From: a bacterium | GTDB lineage: Bacteria > UBA8248 | Assembly: GCA_965213625.1 (NCBI GenBank) | Contig: CBDBZU010000004.1 | Location: 3,008,001-3,072,000, forward strand | Length of the DNA: 64,000 nucleotides | Direction of reading: 5' to 3' | Shown: in pieces, positions 49,501-60,358 of the stretch | How the letters are laid out: every line of letters begins with the position of its first letter | How positions within the stretch are numbered: position 1 is the first letter of the stretch | The notes under the pieces: model-generated | Database searches by the model: none | What the model was told of the DNA's origin: nothing | Seen by the model: the letters and a program-made list of their open reading frames with translations, nothing else | Position numbers and translations under genes: made by a program

Positions 49501-50116
49501 TCGTGCGCTCCGCCCAAAGCTCCATATGGGTGATGCGCGAGGGCATGAGGTCCGCCGCGTTCGCCAGAAGATAACCCGCGCGCGGATAGAGCCCCGGCCA
49601 GATGAAAGCCATGAGCATGACGACGACAGCCAGAGCGCCGGCGAGCCGACCCAGCCTTTGAAATCCGGCGTGTGAAACGTAAGACTCCGGGTCGAGCGAT
49701 TCCACTTCCCGGCTGGTGTCGTTCACCAGCGCATCGATGAGCGCGGGCGATGTCGGGTCGTCGTCGCCGAGATCACCTTTGCGCGGGAAAAGCTGCAGCG
49801 AACTGATGAGATTACTGCCCAGGTCCGGATGGGTTTCCTCGATGTCGAGGGCGATTCTCTCGCGCCTCGGTCGACGGGTCGCCAGCCACCAGGATCGGAT
49901 GAGCGCTGCAGCCAAGAGTAGAACCGTCATCCCAACGTATACGATAGCCGAATATCCAAAGCGGATCTGGGAGACGACCGCCGCAGGAGCAAGCAGCAGT
50001 ACGGCCAGGACGCCCAACAGTAGAACCATCCCTGCTTCGAGACGCCTCACTTTGAGGCGAGCGCGAATTACGGAGTCGAGAAACTCGGTTATTTTCCTGA
50101 AAGATCGATCGGCCAT
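46529..50116 (-). CDS. Large membrane-anchored coiled-coil protein (DUF4175-like)
   Basis: Three N-terminal TMs, YPPEYT and DDFGV Ig-like segments, M/Q/R-rich coiled coil, C-terminal IEDYFDRL. Confidence 0.8.
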   Translation of the reverse strand: MADRSFRKITEFLDSVIRARLKVRRLEAGMVLLLGVLAVLLLAPAAVVSQIRFGYSAIVYVGMTVLLLAAALIRSWWLATRRPRRERIALDIEETHPDLGSNLISSLQLFPRKGDLGDDDPTSPALIDALVNDTSREVESLDPESYVSHAGFQRLGRLAGALAVVVMLMAFIWPGLYPRAGYLLANAADLMPSRITHMELWAERTTLLPGMPTTLEVRTRGRETDSVELEVRQSAESKASIAMEKVAPHHFRARWLAAGSGARITARTGRFRSRTIEVRVVAPPKVESIEVVQYPPEYTNLKPGGGKKGGHIRAYMGSEVQLAVKTNKPVQEALIALADGWRLPLNPSESGDSLNGKMILGGAGSYQVRLKDAHGFSNLAPQRYQIDIIPDAYPDVMVTHPDKDLTVEADERVTVKYRASDDFGVRNVYLEVRLGSGRPRRIKVWSGEKPQKDVLGRYEFELSAMGIRPGGVLSYRFVAPDVDTVSGPKVGTSKIYRISIRDREAVMAGLDRNLGEISNELLDLLGDYLEKDLPPEESTKEAKEPGKLAGKSGAIEARATKILERIKRTRAMLRPKNPRETLSDMDLSNLERQLRNAISQYLNPLSRLSKLGENAKKERERLNREIAARQEEATETLERLATMSEEIQRNIRVDRAGRTTESMIQRQRSIEQALEKMRSMGADQEALRRVEKELRKLREQLGELMQQMASLAQRMPAEFMNQRSMREMPMQDMMRSFERIREMMRQNNFQGALEQLRRLMSQLQRMRMALRGMQRRQMMSQRGGRPIRRQQSELAKIVEKQQAILGETVGVLENVVDRLKKKWPEEITDVSQNTRAYWKEKSDFVAKPLPTDCFVGAEPEKKTGPAEPEISMLGPPAKKKLSPQARAEKIQREKVRALSEFDTMIKRGEWGIIFQRLPEWAATIAESPCVAPAQTAKKQVDDSVASNKADALVEDKGSKDSGAASLEKGASKSAEVAEAAPWKGLVKNLEGLLDKSEKDAGGTEIAKLDGLRDRQDILRKKLGDFERNLRQMMQVYPFINPSILHRISEAGKAMEEATASLAKRSSSRAVPPEEEAIRKLAQGQNSMQQAMQQMAQRGNVGLGTPRGFGALGPGRGGQRPWWSRNPNFPQPRGSNQRGREEDGNLGTQFSEVLIPDREQYKVPAKYREEIMEAMKEGLPKGMRGEIEDYFDRLTK

Positions 50117-50226
50117 CTCCCGTTTCCCTTATATGAGTGAACGGCGAGGAGCAGAAAATGAATTGTAGTACATGACTCAAATTACCGCACGTTCGTTAAA
50201 TTTACCGCACGCCGACTCCTGCGCGC

Positions 50227-52569
50227 TCAAGCCAGCCCCCAAAGCCTCCGGGCGGTCCATTCCAGAGCAGGCAACAAAATGAGAATCATCCCAATCCAGG
50301 GGATGCTCCAGAGCCTCACGTCGCGCACCTCCATCACCCTGTGCGGCACCTTGCCCTTCAAGGCCTCCAGGACGCGGGCGGTCAAATCTTCCTCCCCCAC
50401 CGCGTCTGCGCGGAAAAACAACCCGCCCGTGTGCTTCGCCAGCGTTTGCAAATTCTCCCAGCGCGGGCTGACGTCGGCCCACTCCGCTTTGCCTGCTTCG
50501 CGGCCGATGCCGATCGTGCGCACCGCCTCGCCAATTACTTCTCCGCCCTGGACGGCCGTCATCCTCGCCCGATAGCTCCCGTTCCCGCGTGGGCGGAAGC
50601 GAACCTCGAATTCCCGGGAATCCGGGCGGTAGGCCGCGCTATACCGGCTGGTGACGCCATAGGGATCGCGAAGTTGCACACGCACCTGCGCCGCCTGAGC
50701 AGGCTGGTAGGATTCGTCCCTCACCTGCATCCTGAGAACGTAGGTTCCGTCTTTGCTTTGTTCCGCCTCGGGAAGTATCTGGACCTGGGAGCTTCCGGGG
50801 TCGCCCGAGAGCCACCTGATCATCTGCGCCACCAGGCGGATATAGAGACGGTTCGTCTTCTCCGCCGCCACCATCCCGAAATTCCACCGCCAGATATCAT
50901 CGGAGAAGATGCTCACGACCCTTCCCTCGCCTATCCGCTTCGTGGCGAGCAAGGGAACCCCGCCGTCTTTCGTCGATACGAGGATCTGCCCCTTCCCGAA
51001 CGGCGTCGTCGAATTGACGCGCCTCAAGGCGGGTAAAGCAGTCCAGAGCTTTTTGTTTTCCTCAATATCCGTGGAGAGTTGCGTGATGGGATGCCTGCCG
51101 CCGGTGGGTGTAAGCTGAGCGAGCAGGCGCCTTTGATCCTGATAATCATTCTGCTGCTGCAAGCGCACGGGCAAAAGATCCTCGATGGGGCTGCGGTAAT
51201 ACCCGCCCGCGCTGAAGGATTGCCTGCCGCCGAACTTGAGTAGCGCGCCGCCTTTGCGAACGTATTCCCCCACGCGCTCGAGGTAGTAGTTGCTGAAATA
51301 CTCCTGAGCGGAAAAATTATCGAAAACCACGATCTCGAAATTCTTGAGTTCTTCCAAAAACAGCTTGTCCACCGGAAAGGGCACGAGGCTCAGATGCCTG
51401 GTCGGAACGCCCGGGTCGTCCTCTGAGGTCCTCAGGAAAACGAACGACACGAGGTCGATGGCGGGGTCCCGCTTGAGCGCCATGCGCAAGAACCGATAGT
51501 TCCATGTGGGAGAACCCGAAATCGTCAACACACGAATCTTGTCCCGCCTTACCTCCAGGGGAATCTCGACGCGATTGTTCGACTCCACGATTTCGCCGCG
51601 CTGAACGGGTGTGACCACGCTGAGCACCTGGCTCCCTACTTCATTCGGCGTAAATCTGAATTTCACGAGACGGCGCAATGGACTGCGCCTGACGTCTATA
51701 GATTGCGTTCTGATGATGCGGCCCTCGCGCGTCAGGGCAACTGGCAGCTTGCGGCCTGAATAGCCCTTCACCGAAAGCGATACTTCCAGACTCATCTCCT
51801 TTCCCTGAAAGGCGATGCGCGGGGCCTGGATGTCCTGAATGGCGATATCGCGAAAAGAATCCGGCGCCCCGAAGCCCACTCCGATGAGGGGCGGAAAGGA
51901 TTTCACGTCCCCGGGCGGAAGAGCCGTCTCGGTGGTATCGCCGCCGTCAGTGAGCATCAAAACGCCGAGAGGGCCGTCCTGATGCTTACGCTCTACCTCC
52001 CCCGCCGTAACTCTTGACTCCCGGGCGCTGCGCAAAGCGCTGCGGATTGCGCCCAAGGGGTCGCTGCCCACCCCCTGGGCTTTCAGGTTTTCAAGCTCCT
52101 GTTCTCCCATGGGGGTTCTTCGAGCATCGTAGCGAGCGAGTTGCACGTCGTAGAGCTGCCTGAGGCCAGCGAGCAGGCTCGTGGGCGCATCTCCCTCATC
52201 CTCCTCTACCGGGGTTTGCGATTTTCCGAACTTTTTCGGGACCAGCAAAAAATCTTTTGCCAATTCGATGCGCGTTTTCTTGCTGTTTACGTCCTGAACG
52301 CTCATGCTCGCCGAACTGTCGAGGAGAACGAGCAGCTTCGGCGGCAGGGAACGCTCGCGCTTGTCGATCAGCGTGGGGCCCGAGAGGAAGAAGACGACCG
52401 CCGCATACAGCAGACCCCTCAGAATCTGAAGAAACCAGACGCGTCTCATGGGGAGTTTTTCGGCCAGATCGCGGTGCCTGCGCACGAGCGCCCAGCCCAG
52501 CCCGGCTGAGACGATGACGAGCACCCACCAGGGCGCGCCGCCGGGCCAATGGAGTGTGGACCAGTCCAT
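50227..52569 (-). CDS. Membrane protein with vWA and glutamine amidotransferase-like domains
   Basis: DSSASM, LTDG, NN-Ig repeat, W.YRFLR, LIPFP-like LVPFP, GGALL, WRW, EW..RR..GL C-terminus. Confidence 0.82.
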   Translation of the reverse strand: MDWSTLHWPGGAPWWVLVIVSAGLGWALVRRHRDLAEKLPMRRVWFLQILRGLLYAAVVFFLSGPTLIDKRERSLPPKLLVLLDSSASMSVQDVNSKKTRIELAKDFLLVPKKFGKSQTPVEEDEGDAPTSLLAGLRQLYDVQLARYDARRTPMGEQELENLKAQGVGSDPLGAIRSALRSARESRVTAGEVERKHQDGPLGVLMLTDGGDTTETALPPGDVKSFPPLIGVGFGAPDSFRDIAIQDIQAPRIAFQGKEMSLEVSLSVKGYSGRKLPVALTREGRIIRTQSIDVRRSPLRRLVKFRFTPNEVGSQVLSVVTPVQRGEIVESNNRVEIPLEVRRDKIRVLTISGSPTWNYRFLRMALKRDPAIDLVSFVFLRTSEDDPGVPTRHLSLVPFPVDKLFLEELKNFEIVVFDNFSAQEYFSNYYLERVGEYVRKGGALLKFGGRQSFSAGGYYRSPIEDLLPVRLQQQNDYQDQRRLLAQLTPTGGRHPITQLSTDIEENKKLWTALPALRRVNSTTPFGKGQILVSTKDGGVPLLATKRIGEGRVVSIFSDDIWRWNFGMVAAEKTNRLYIRLVAQMIRWLSGDPGSSQVQILPEAEQSKDGTYVLRMQVRDESYQPAQAAQVRVQLRDPYGVTSRYSAAYRPDSREFEVRFRPRGNGSYRARMTAVQGGEVIGEAVRTIGIGREAGKAEWADVSPRWENLQTLAKHTGGLFFRADAVGEEDLTARVLEALKGKVPHRVMEVRDVRLWSIPWIGMILILLPALEWTARRLWGLA

Positions 52570-52572
52570 CGT

Positions 52573-53421
52573 CTAGCCCTGGTTCAGCCTGCGCTGGATG
52601 AAGGGGTGGTGTATGAGGTCTTGCTTGTAGTTGCCCGTCATCGCGTAGAGAGAGATGTTGACGGCGAGTTGAAAGGCCGCGAGACGCTGGGGTTCCCCGC
52701 CGGGCGTGCACTCTTCGAGCCATCCGCCACCGGGACCCCTCGCCCACGCGCCGCCCAGGTCGTTTCGGCAGAAGATGACGGGGGTGAACATTCCCACATG
52801 GATACCCTGCAAGTCCTGGCTGACGGCCTGTCGCCCGCCAATGGAGCGGATCAGGTAATAACTCTTGAAAACGGCGTGTTCGCGCTGGAGCGCCTCGAAA
52901 GAAGTTCTCGGGAAGACCAGACGCATGAGATTCTCGACGGCGCCGCCAAAGGCTTCCCCCTCGAGCCCGAGCCCATCGTCGATGAGCAAAAATCCCCCGT
53001 AGGTGAGGTGGCGCCTCAGATTTTCAATCGCCCTCGAGTCAGGCATCTCGAACTCGTAGCGTCCCGACATATACAGGAAAGGATATTCGAAAATTTCGGG
53101 TGAGGAGATATCCACCACCTGCGCATCCCCTGCGGTTTCTATGCTCGTGCGCTTTCTCACCTCTCCGAGAAAAGAAGCCATCGCCGTGGCGTATTCCTGC
53201 CAGCGTCCGCCGGAATAGCGTAATTGGGCCGGCGTGAAATCGGGAAGTAGCGGCTTCTCCTCCTCGGAGGAGCGCGGGAAAAGATTTTTTTGCCACTCGC
53301 TCAGGGGTGAAGGGGATTGCGCGCTCACTCCACCGGGGAGGCCGAGCACCGCGGCCGCAGCCATTGCAGTGCGCGCGATGAACGCGCGGCGGCTCAAGAA
53401 TAAATTATGGGACATTGACAT
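52573..53421 (-). CDS. DUF4159 domain protein with Tat-like signal
   Basis: SRRAFI, YPFLYMSG, GGFLLIDD, NDLGGAW, N..LYAMTGNYKQD. Confidence 0.88.
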   Translation of the reverse strand: MSMSHNLFLSRRAFIARTAMAAAAVLGLPGGVSAQSPSPLSEWQKNLFPRSSEEEKPLLPDFTPAQLRYSGGRWQEYATAMASFLGEVRKRTSIETAGDAQVVDISSPEIFEYPFLYMSGRYEFEMPDSRAIENLRRHLTYGGFLLIDDGLGLEGEAFGGAVENLMRLVFPRTSFEALQREHAVFKSYYLIRSIGGRQAVSQDLQGIHVGMFTPVIFCRNDLGGAWARGPGGGWLEECTPGGEPQRLAAFQLAVNISLYAMTGNYKQDLIHHPFIQRRLNQG

Positions 53422-54229
53422 CGGGCAACACCACGTAGGTCGTGGGCGGCGGCAGTCTTTTTCGCGTTAGCACGAGCTCGGTTTCCTGCGGGCGAAGGAC
53501 TCTCGTGATTCCCTCCGCCTTCAGGGCCTTTTCGAACTCGCCGGTCAATTCGGGACCGAAATAGTGCATCGGAATCACGATGTTGGGACCGATGCGCTTG
53601 ACGATCTTGGCCGCCACATCGTGAGGCACGGTGAAAGAGCCGTCAATCGAAAGCAAAAGCACGTGGATCTTCCCCAGGGCGCGAATCTGCCCGGGCGATG
53701 GTCCGAAGCGCGCGTTCCCGAAATGCGCGACGCATAGCCCGCCCGCCTGAAAAACGTGAATGGTGTTGAGGACGAAGGGATTGTTCTCGTCCCCGTCCAC
53801 CTGGGGGAAAGAGGCGATTCGCAGGTTCCCGAATTTCTCGTCGATGGCGTTGGGCTTTCCCTCCTGCGTCACGCCGAAAAAAATCTCCGATTTGCCCACG
53901 TAGGGTCCCGTCATGGAGTGGGTTTCGTGGAAATTGCTCACTGTGACGGCATCCGGCGGCGGGTCCAGAACAGGGATGACGTAGGGGTCCATGACGGCCC
54001 GCCCGCCGCCCGGGGCATCAATCAGAAAGCTCGAATGCCCTAAAAATTTAAGCCGTACTTCACGCGTTTGCCGAACGCTCTCCCATCCGCCTCTCATCGA
54101 GACGGGGATGAAACGCCCGTCGCGCTGGACGATTCCAGGTTTGCAGATGCCGTCCACCGCCCACGCGAGCGTTGACGAAAAGATGACGGACAAGAAGACG
54201 AACAGACTCAGCGAGATGATTTTTCTCAC
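53405..54229 (-). CDS. Exported MBL-fold metallo-hydrolase-like protein (Lactamase_B_3 type)
   Basis: GTG 54229 with signal peptide; FLGHSSFLI, DPY, SNFHETH, IPMHYF; overlaps the DUF4159 gene. Confidence 0.78.
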   Translation of the reverse strand: MRKIISLSLFVFLSVIFSSTLAWAVDGICKPGIVQRDGRFIPVSMRGGWESVRQTREVRLKFLGHSSFLIDAPGGGRAVMDPYVIPVLDPPPDAVTVSNFHETHSMTGPYVGKSEIFFGVTQEGKPNAIDEKFGNLRIASFPQVDGDENNPFVLNTIHVFQAGGLCVAHFGNARFGPSPGQIRALGKIHVLLLSIDGSFTVPHDVAAKIVKRIGPNIVIPMHYFGPELTGEFEKALKAEGITRVLRPQETELVLTRKRLPPPTTYVVLPDVNVP

Positions 54230-54425
54230 CGGAGAACGAACTTCCCAGCGCGGGAATGAGCGACACTTCTCATAGGTGGGGTTCAATATACCGTCCCCCG
54301 AAATGAAATCGCTACTCAAAGATAGCGACAGCGCGGCGGCGCGAATGGGAAATTCTAGCGCATTTATCCACCCTGTGGATAGTCGCGCGCCGCTATCGGG
54401 TAATATATCGAAAGTAGCGGCATTC

Positions 54426-54965
54426 TCATCCGCGCGACGGTTCCCCCTGAGCGCTTCTGCGCCAAGGGGAAATCCATATCGCCGCGGCCAGGAGGCACGC
54501 CTTGAGCACGTCCGTGATGACATAGGCGCCGTGGTAGCGCCCGAATTCGCTCTGCACGGCGGGCGTTCCCGCAGAAGCTTCCCCGCTCGTGAGGATTCTA
54601 CCGAGCGCTTCTATTTTCGGCGAGAACCAAAAGACGTGCATACCCACGATGAGAAGCAGACACCCTGCCAGAACGGGCGATAAGCCGCGCATCCGCCCTG
54701 AGCGCCAGAGGAGGATAAACAGCAAGACACAGAAAACGATTTGCAGCCGGTTCCAGGCCTCGAATATGCGGGCGTTCACCTCTCGCGCGGCCATGCGGCC
54801 CTTGAGCTTCGTCTTCGAGGCGGGCTCGAACAGTTTCGACGCTACCGGGTTCTTCTGCGCATCGAACGTATCGAAGGAATTCGTCGCGGCCCACCAGACG
54901 CCCAGCGTGAGTGCGAGCCACGATACAAGAAGAGCAAAATGTAACGAGCGAACCAAAGCGGCCAA
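54426..54965 (-). CDS. DUF4149/TMEM205-like membrane protein
   Basis: Four TM segments, C-terminal F..YH motif; start uncertain. Confidence 0.6.
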   Translation of the reverse strand: MAALVRSLHFALLVSWLALTLGVWWAATNSFDTFDAQKNPVASKLFEPASKTKLKGRMAAREVNARIFEAWNRLQIVFCVLLFILLWRSGRMRGLSPVLAGCLLLIVGMHVFWFSPKIEALGRILTSGEASAGTPAVQSEFGRYHGAYVITDVLKACLLAAAIWISPWRRSAQGEPSRG

Positions 54966-55162
54966 ACCAGACTCCTCGAAACGAAAAGAGATATCCCCTC
55001 GTGAAGGTCCTCAATTTACTCGACAAGCCCCGCGCCTCACAAGCCGCAGGCGCAAGATGGGGCGGTTGAAAACGTTCCACGTCGCTCGGGATTGACCACC
55101 GACGTCATGACGAATAAAAAAACAATTTCGTCGTGGGTTCCGAGAAGAGAACGCCGCCTACA

Positions 55163-55784
55163 GTAAGGACAGGCCCCCGTGCCTGTCCGCCGCCGCCGCC
55201 CCCCGGACCTTCATCCTGAGTAGGCCCGCCAGGGCCGTATCGAAGGATGGACCCGACTGGGGAGAGAGCGCCCCTTCGACAGGCTCAGGACAGGCCCTTC
55301 GATACGCGGCTTCGCCGCTACTCAGGGTGAGGGGTTCTGTGGACGCCTGGAAAACCACCCCCTACCCCCCTTTTGACAGGGGGGGCAAGAAAAGCCTTCC
55401 TGACAAGGGATTGTTGAAAAGTCCCGGGAAACGGATTTTGATCGCGCGTACGCCTTTGAAGTTCACTCCCTCTTGTTGAAAAAGCCCGGTGATGGAGAAA
55501 TTGAAGTGTAGGGACAACCCCTCCTCGGGGTTGTCCTGCCCTCCGTGGTTGTCCTTTTGCAGGATAGTTACAATCAGGACAGGCACGGAGGCCTGTCCCT
55601 ACGGGAGCATCATGTCGCCGACCGGAAGAAACAAGGTCTTTTTCAACAGACCCTTGAGGGGGGAGTGAAAAACCTTGGGGGTCATCTACCGAATAGCGAA
55701 GCCGGAGCATTTTCAACAGCCCGCGCGGCGCGGGTGTGCGCGGTGGTTTTGTAGCCGTAGGGACAGGTCGCGACCTGTCCTTAC
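55163..55784. repeat. GTAG-type REP palindromes (4 copies: 55163-55188, 55508-55536, 55577-55602, 55757-55784)
   Basis: GTA(G/A)GGACA-x-TGTCC hairpins, e.g. GTAGGGACAGGTCGCGACCTGTCCTTAC. Confidence 0.75.
55210..55332. repeat. Second REP-like family as an inverted pair with an inner copy
   Basis: TCATCCTGAGTAG...CGTATCGAAGG pairs with CCTTCGATACG...CTACTCAGGGTGA; inner CCCTTCGACAGGCTCAGG. Confidence 0.7.
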
Positions 55785-55847
55785 CGACTCCCTCCCCGAT
55801 CAACTCCATATGCCGAATCACACTGTAAATGGTTTTTCAACAACCCC
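55407..55847. mobile_element. Nested MITE-like elements with TGTTGAAAA/TTTTCAACA termini
   Basis: Left ends at about 55407 and 55472; right ends at about 55653, 55722 and 55847; related to 27366-27526. Confidence 0.55.
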
Positions 55848-55951
55848 AAGGAGCGTCGCCCCGTCGCCATCCGAGGAAGTTATGCTGGACACTTCGCGTG
55901 GCGAACACTTAGAATGATTTGCGAGGCACCGCGGCTCACGGGGAGATTGCC

Positions 55952-57601
<1,650 letters not shown>

Positions 57602-57616
57602 AGCCGGAGCAGGAAA

Positions 57617-60358
57617 ATGCCTGACGATAAAGCGATCGCCATTACCATCGACGGCCGGGAAATCAAGGCCCGGGACGGCGCGACCATCTGGGAGGTGGCC
57701 CAGTCGATGGGCGTCGATATCCCCAGGCTATGCCATCAGCCCGGCATGGAGCCCGTGGGCGTATGCCGCGTATGCGCCATCGAGGTTAAAGGCGCGCGAA
57801 CGCTGGTTCCCTCCTGCCACCGGAAGATTGAACCCGGCATGGTGATCCGCACGGGAAGCGAGCGCGTCGTGCGCGCCCAGAAAACCCTGGTGGCCATGCT
57901 GATGGCGGACCACGGCGCGGAGTCCGAGTCCCAAAACTGCGAACTCACAGCACTCGCCGAGCAGATGAAAATCCAAAACGGCGTGAGCACCTTGCCGCCC
58001 AAGGAGACGGTGCGCGAGCGCGATCTCTCATCCGCCGTCATCGCCGTGGACCACAGCGCGTGCATCCTTTGCGACCGCTGCATCCGCGCCTGCACGGACG
58101 TTCAGGGCAACAACGTCATCGGACGCGGTGGTAAAGGCACGCATGCCGGCATCGTGTTCGACACCGATCTGCCCATGGGAGAATCCACCTGCGTCTCCTG
58201 CGGGGAGTGCATGGCCGCCTGCCCCACGGACGCGCTCACGAACAAATCCCTCACGCTGCAAATCGCCCCCGACAAGACCAAGGAGGTGGATTCCGTCTGC
58301 CCCTACTGCGGCGTGGGATGTTCCATCACCTATCAGGTGGCGGGCAACACGCTCCTGAGCGTCAGTGGGGATGAAACCAGTCCCGTGAACCAGGGAAGGC
58401 TCTGCGTGAAGGGGCGCTACGGGTTCGACTACGCGCATCACCCGGACAGGCTGACGACCCCCCTCATCCGAATAGAAGGCGCGCCCAAGACGAAGGAACT
58501 GCCCGGCAATCCGCTCTCCCTGTTCCGTGAGGCGAGTTGGGATGAAGCCATGGAACTCGCCGCAAGTTCGCTCCAGAAAATCCATGAGGACCACGGCCCC
58601 TCGAGCATGGCCGGCTTCGGTTCGGCGAAATGCTCGAACGAGGACAACTATCTTTTTCAGAAACTCATCCGCGCCGTGTTCGGCACGAACAACGTGGATC
58701 ACTGCACGAGGCTTTGCCACGCGAGCTCGGTGGCCGCTCTTTACCAGACCATCGGGTCGAGCGCGGTGAGCAACCCCTTCTCGGATGCGCTCAAGGCGGA
58801 TTTCATCCTCGTGGCGGGCGCGAACGCCACCGAAAACCACCCCGTGGCGGCCACCTTCATCAAGCAGGCCTCTACTGCGGGCGCCACGCTGGCCGTCGCG
58901 GACCCGAGGCGAATCGACCTCGTCGATCATGCGGACACCTTCGTGCAGTTCCGCCCCGGTACGGACGTGGCGCTGTTCAACGGGCTTTTGAACGTGGTGA
59001 TCGATGAAAAACTCTACGACGTCGATTTCGTCGCCGCGCGCACCGAGGGGTTCAATGAACTCGCAGAGAACGTAAAGCCCTATACGCCCCAAAACGTCGC
59101 CAAACTCACAGGCGTTGCCCCGGAAACGCTCCGGGCATTGGCCAGAGGGTATGCGACGGCTGAGCGCAGCATCATCTTCTGGGGCATGGGCCTCTCCCAG
59201 CACACCCACGGCACGGACAACTGCCGCGCGCTCATCGCGCTTTGCCTGATATGCGGGCAAATCGGGCGTGAGGGAACCGGCCTGCACCCCCTGCGCGGCC
59301 AGAACAACGTGCAGGGCGCATCGGACGTGGGCCTGATTCCCATGGTCTATTCCGCCTATCAGGACGTGGCCTCTCCCAGTATCCGCAGGAAATTCGAAAA
59401 AGCCTGGGGCCGGAAACTCGACCCAGTACCGGGCCTCACCGTGATGGAAATCGCCGACGCAGCCAACCGGGGCGAGATAAAGGGCATGTACATCATGGGC
59501 GAGAACCCGGCCATGAGCGATCCCAATCTCAATCATTCGCGGGGCGCGCTCGCCAACCTGGAATTCCTCGTCGTCCAGGACATTTTTCTCACGGAAACCG
59601 CCTATTTCGCAGACGTGGTGCTCCCTTCCACGGCGTTCCCGGAGAAAACGGGCACCTATACGAACACGGACAGGAGGGTGCAGATAGGAAGGCGGGCCAT
59701 CGACCCGCCAGGCCAAGCGCGCGAGGACTGGCGCATCGTGGCCGAACTCTCGGGTCGGCTGGGCTACCCGATGAAATATAAATCTGAAGCCGCCATTTTC
59801 GATGAAATCGCATCGCTGACACCGTTCATGGCAGGTATGTCTTATAAGCGCCTGGGGGAGCACGGACTCGTCTGGCCGTGCGCCAGACCCGATCGCCAGG
59901 GCACGGAAATCCTGTTCTCGAGATCATTCCCGTCAGGCCGAGGAAAGCTCATTCCCGTCCAGTATGCCCCCGCCAGGGAGATGCCGGACGAGGACTACCC
60001 TTTCGTGCTCAACACGGGTCGCAACATCTACCACTGGCATACGGGGGCCATCACCAGAAGGGCGCAGGCGTTAGAAGCCGCGGAGCCCGGCCCCTACGTG
60101 GAAATGTCGCCCGATGACCTGAAACGCCTGAAGATCAAAGACGGCTCGGACGTCCGCGTGGAATCGAGACGTGGTAATATCACCCTGCCCGCCCGGTCTT
60201 CATCGCGCGTGAGGCCAGGGCAGGTGTTCATCCCCTTCCACTATGTCGAGGCCGCCGCGAACCTGCTCACCGTAGACGACCTCGACCCCTACGGAAAAAT
60301 TCCCGAGTTCAAGTTCTGCGCCGTGCGGGTGAGGAAGACGAGGAGACAGCGGGGGTGA
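57617..60358 (+). CDS. fdhF: Formate dehydrogenase alpha subunit (Mo/W-bisPGD, Cys ligand)
   Basis: N-terminal Fe-S domains, CPYCGVGC, CTRLCHAS, LRGQNNVQG, PEFK. Confidence 0.93.
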   Translation: MPDDKAIAITIDGREIKARDGATIWEVAQSMGVDIPRLCHQPGMEPVGVCRVCAIEVKGARTLVPSCHRKIEPGMVIRTGSERVVRAQKTLVAMLMADHGAESESQNCELTALAEQMKIQNGVSTLPPKETVRERDLSSAVIAVDHSACILCDRCIRACTDVQGNNVIGRGGKGTHAGIVFDTDLPMGESTCVSCGECMAACPTDALTNKSLTLQIAPDKTKEVDSVCPYCGVGCSITYQVAGNTLLSVSGDETSPVNQGRLCVKGRYGFDYAHHPDRLTTPLIRIEGAPKTKELPGNPLSLFREASWDEAMELAASSLQKIHEDHGPSSMAGFGSAKCSNEDNYLFQKLIRAVFGTNNVDHCTRLCHASSVAALYQTIGSSAVSNPFSDALKADFILVAGANATENHPVAATFIKQASTAGATLAVADPRRIDLVDHADTFVQFRPGTDVALFNGLLNVVIDEKLYDVDFVAARTEGFNELAENVKPYTPQNVAKLTGVAPETLRALARGYATAERSIIFWGMGLSQHTHGTDNCRALIALCLICGQIGREGTGLHPLRGQNNVQGASDVGLIPMVYSAYQDVASPSIRRKFEKAWGRKLDPVPGLTVMEIADAANRGEIKGMYIMGENPAMSDPNLNHSRGALANLEFLVVQDIFLTETAYFADVVLPSTAFPEKTGTYTNTDRRVQIGRRAIDPPGQAREDWRIVAELSGRLGYPMKYKSEAAIFDEIASLTPFMAGMSYKRLGEHGLVWPCARPDRQGTEILFSRSFPSGRGKLIPVQYAPAREMPDEDYPFVLNTGRNIYHWHTGAITRRAQALEAAEPGPYVEMSPDDLKRLKIKDGSDVRVESRRGNITLPARSSSRVRPGQVFIPFHYVEAAANLLTVDDLDPYGKIPEFKFCAVRVRKTRRQRG

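Noticed and set aside
54230-54523. N-terminal extension of the MBL ORF given in the track
   Set aside because: It overlaps the upstream gene; the signal peptide begins at GTG 54229.
55140-55850. CRISPR array or integron attC array
   Set aside because: Repeats are heterogeneous, inverted and irregularly spaced; no cas or integrase gene and no cassette ORFs.
55158-55917. Several short ORFs in the repeat region
   Set aside because: They consist of palindromic repeat sequence and lack coding-like composition.
58028-59863. 611-aa antisense ORF
   Set aside because: Shadow of the GC-rich fdhF gene; no motifs.
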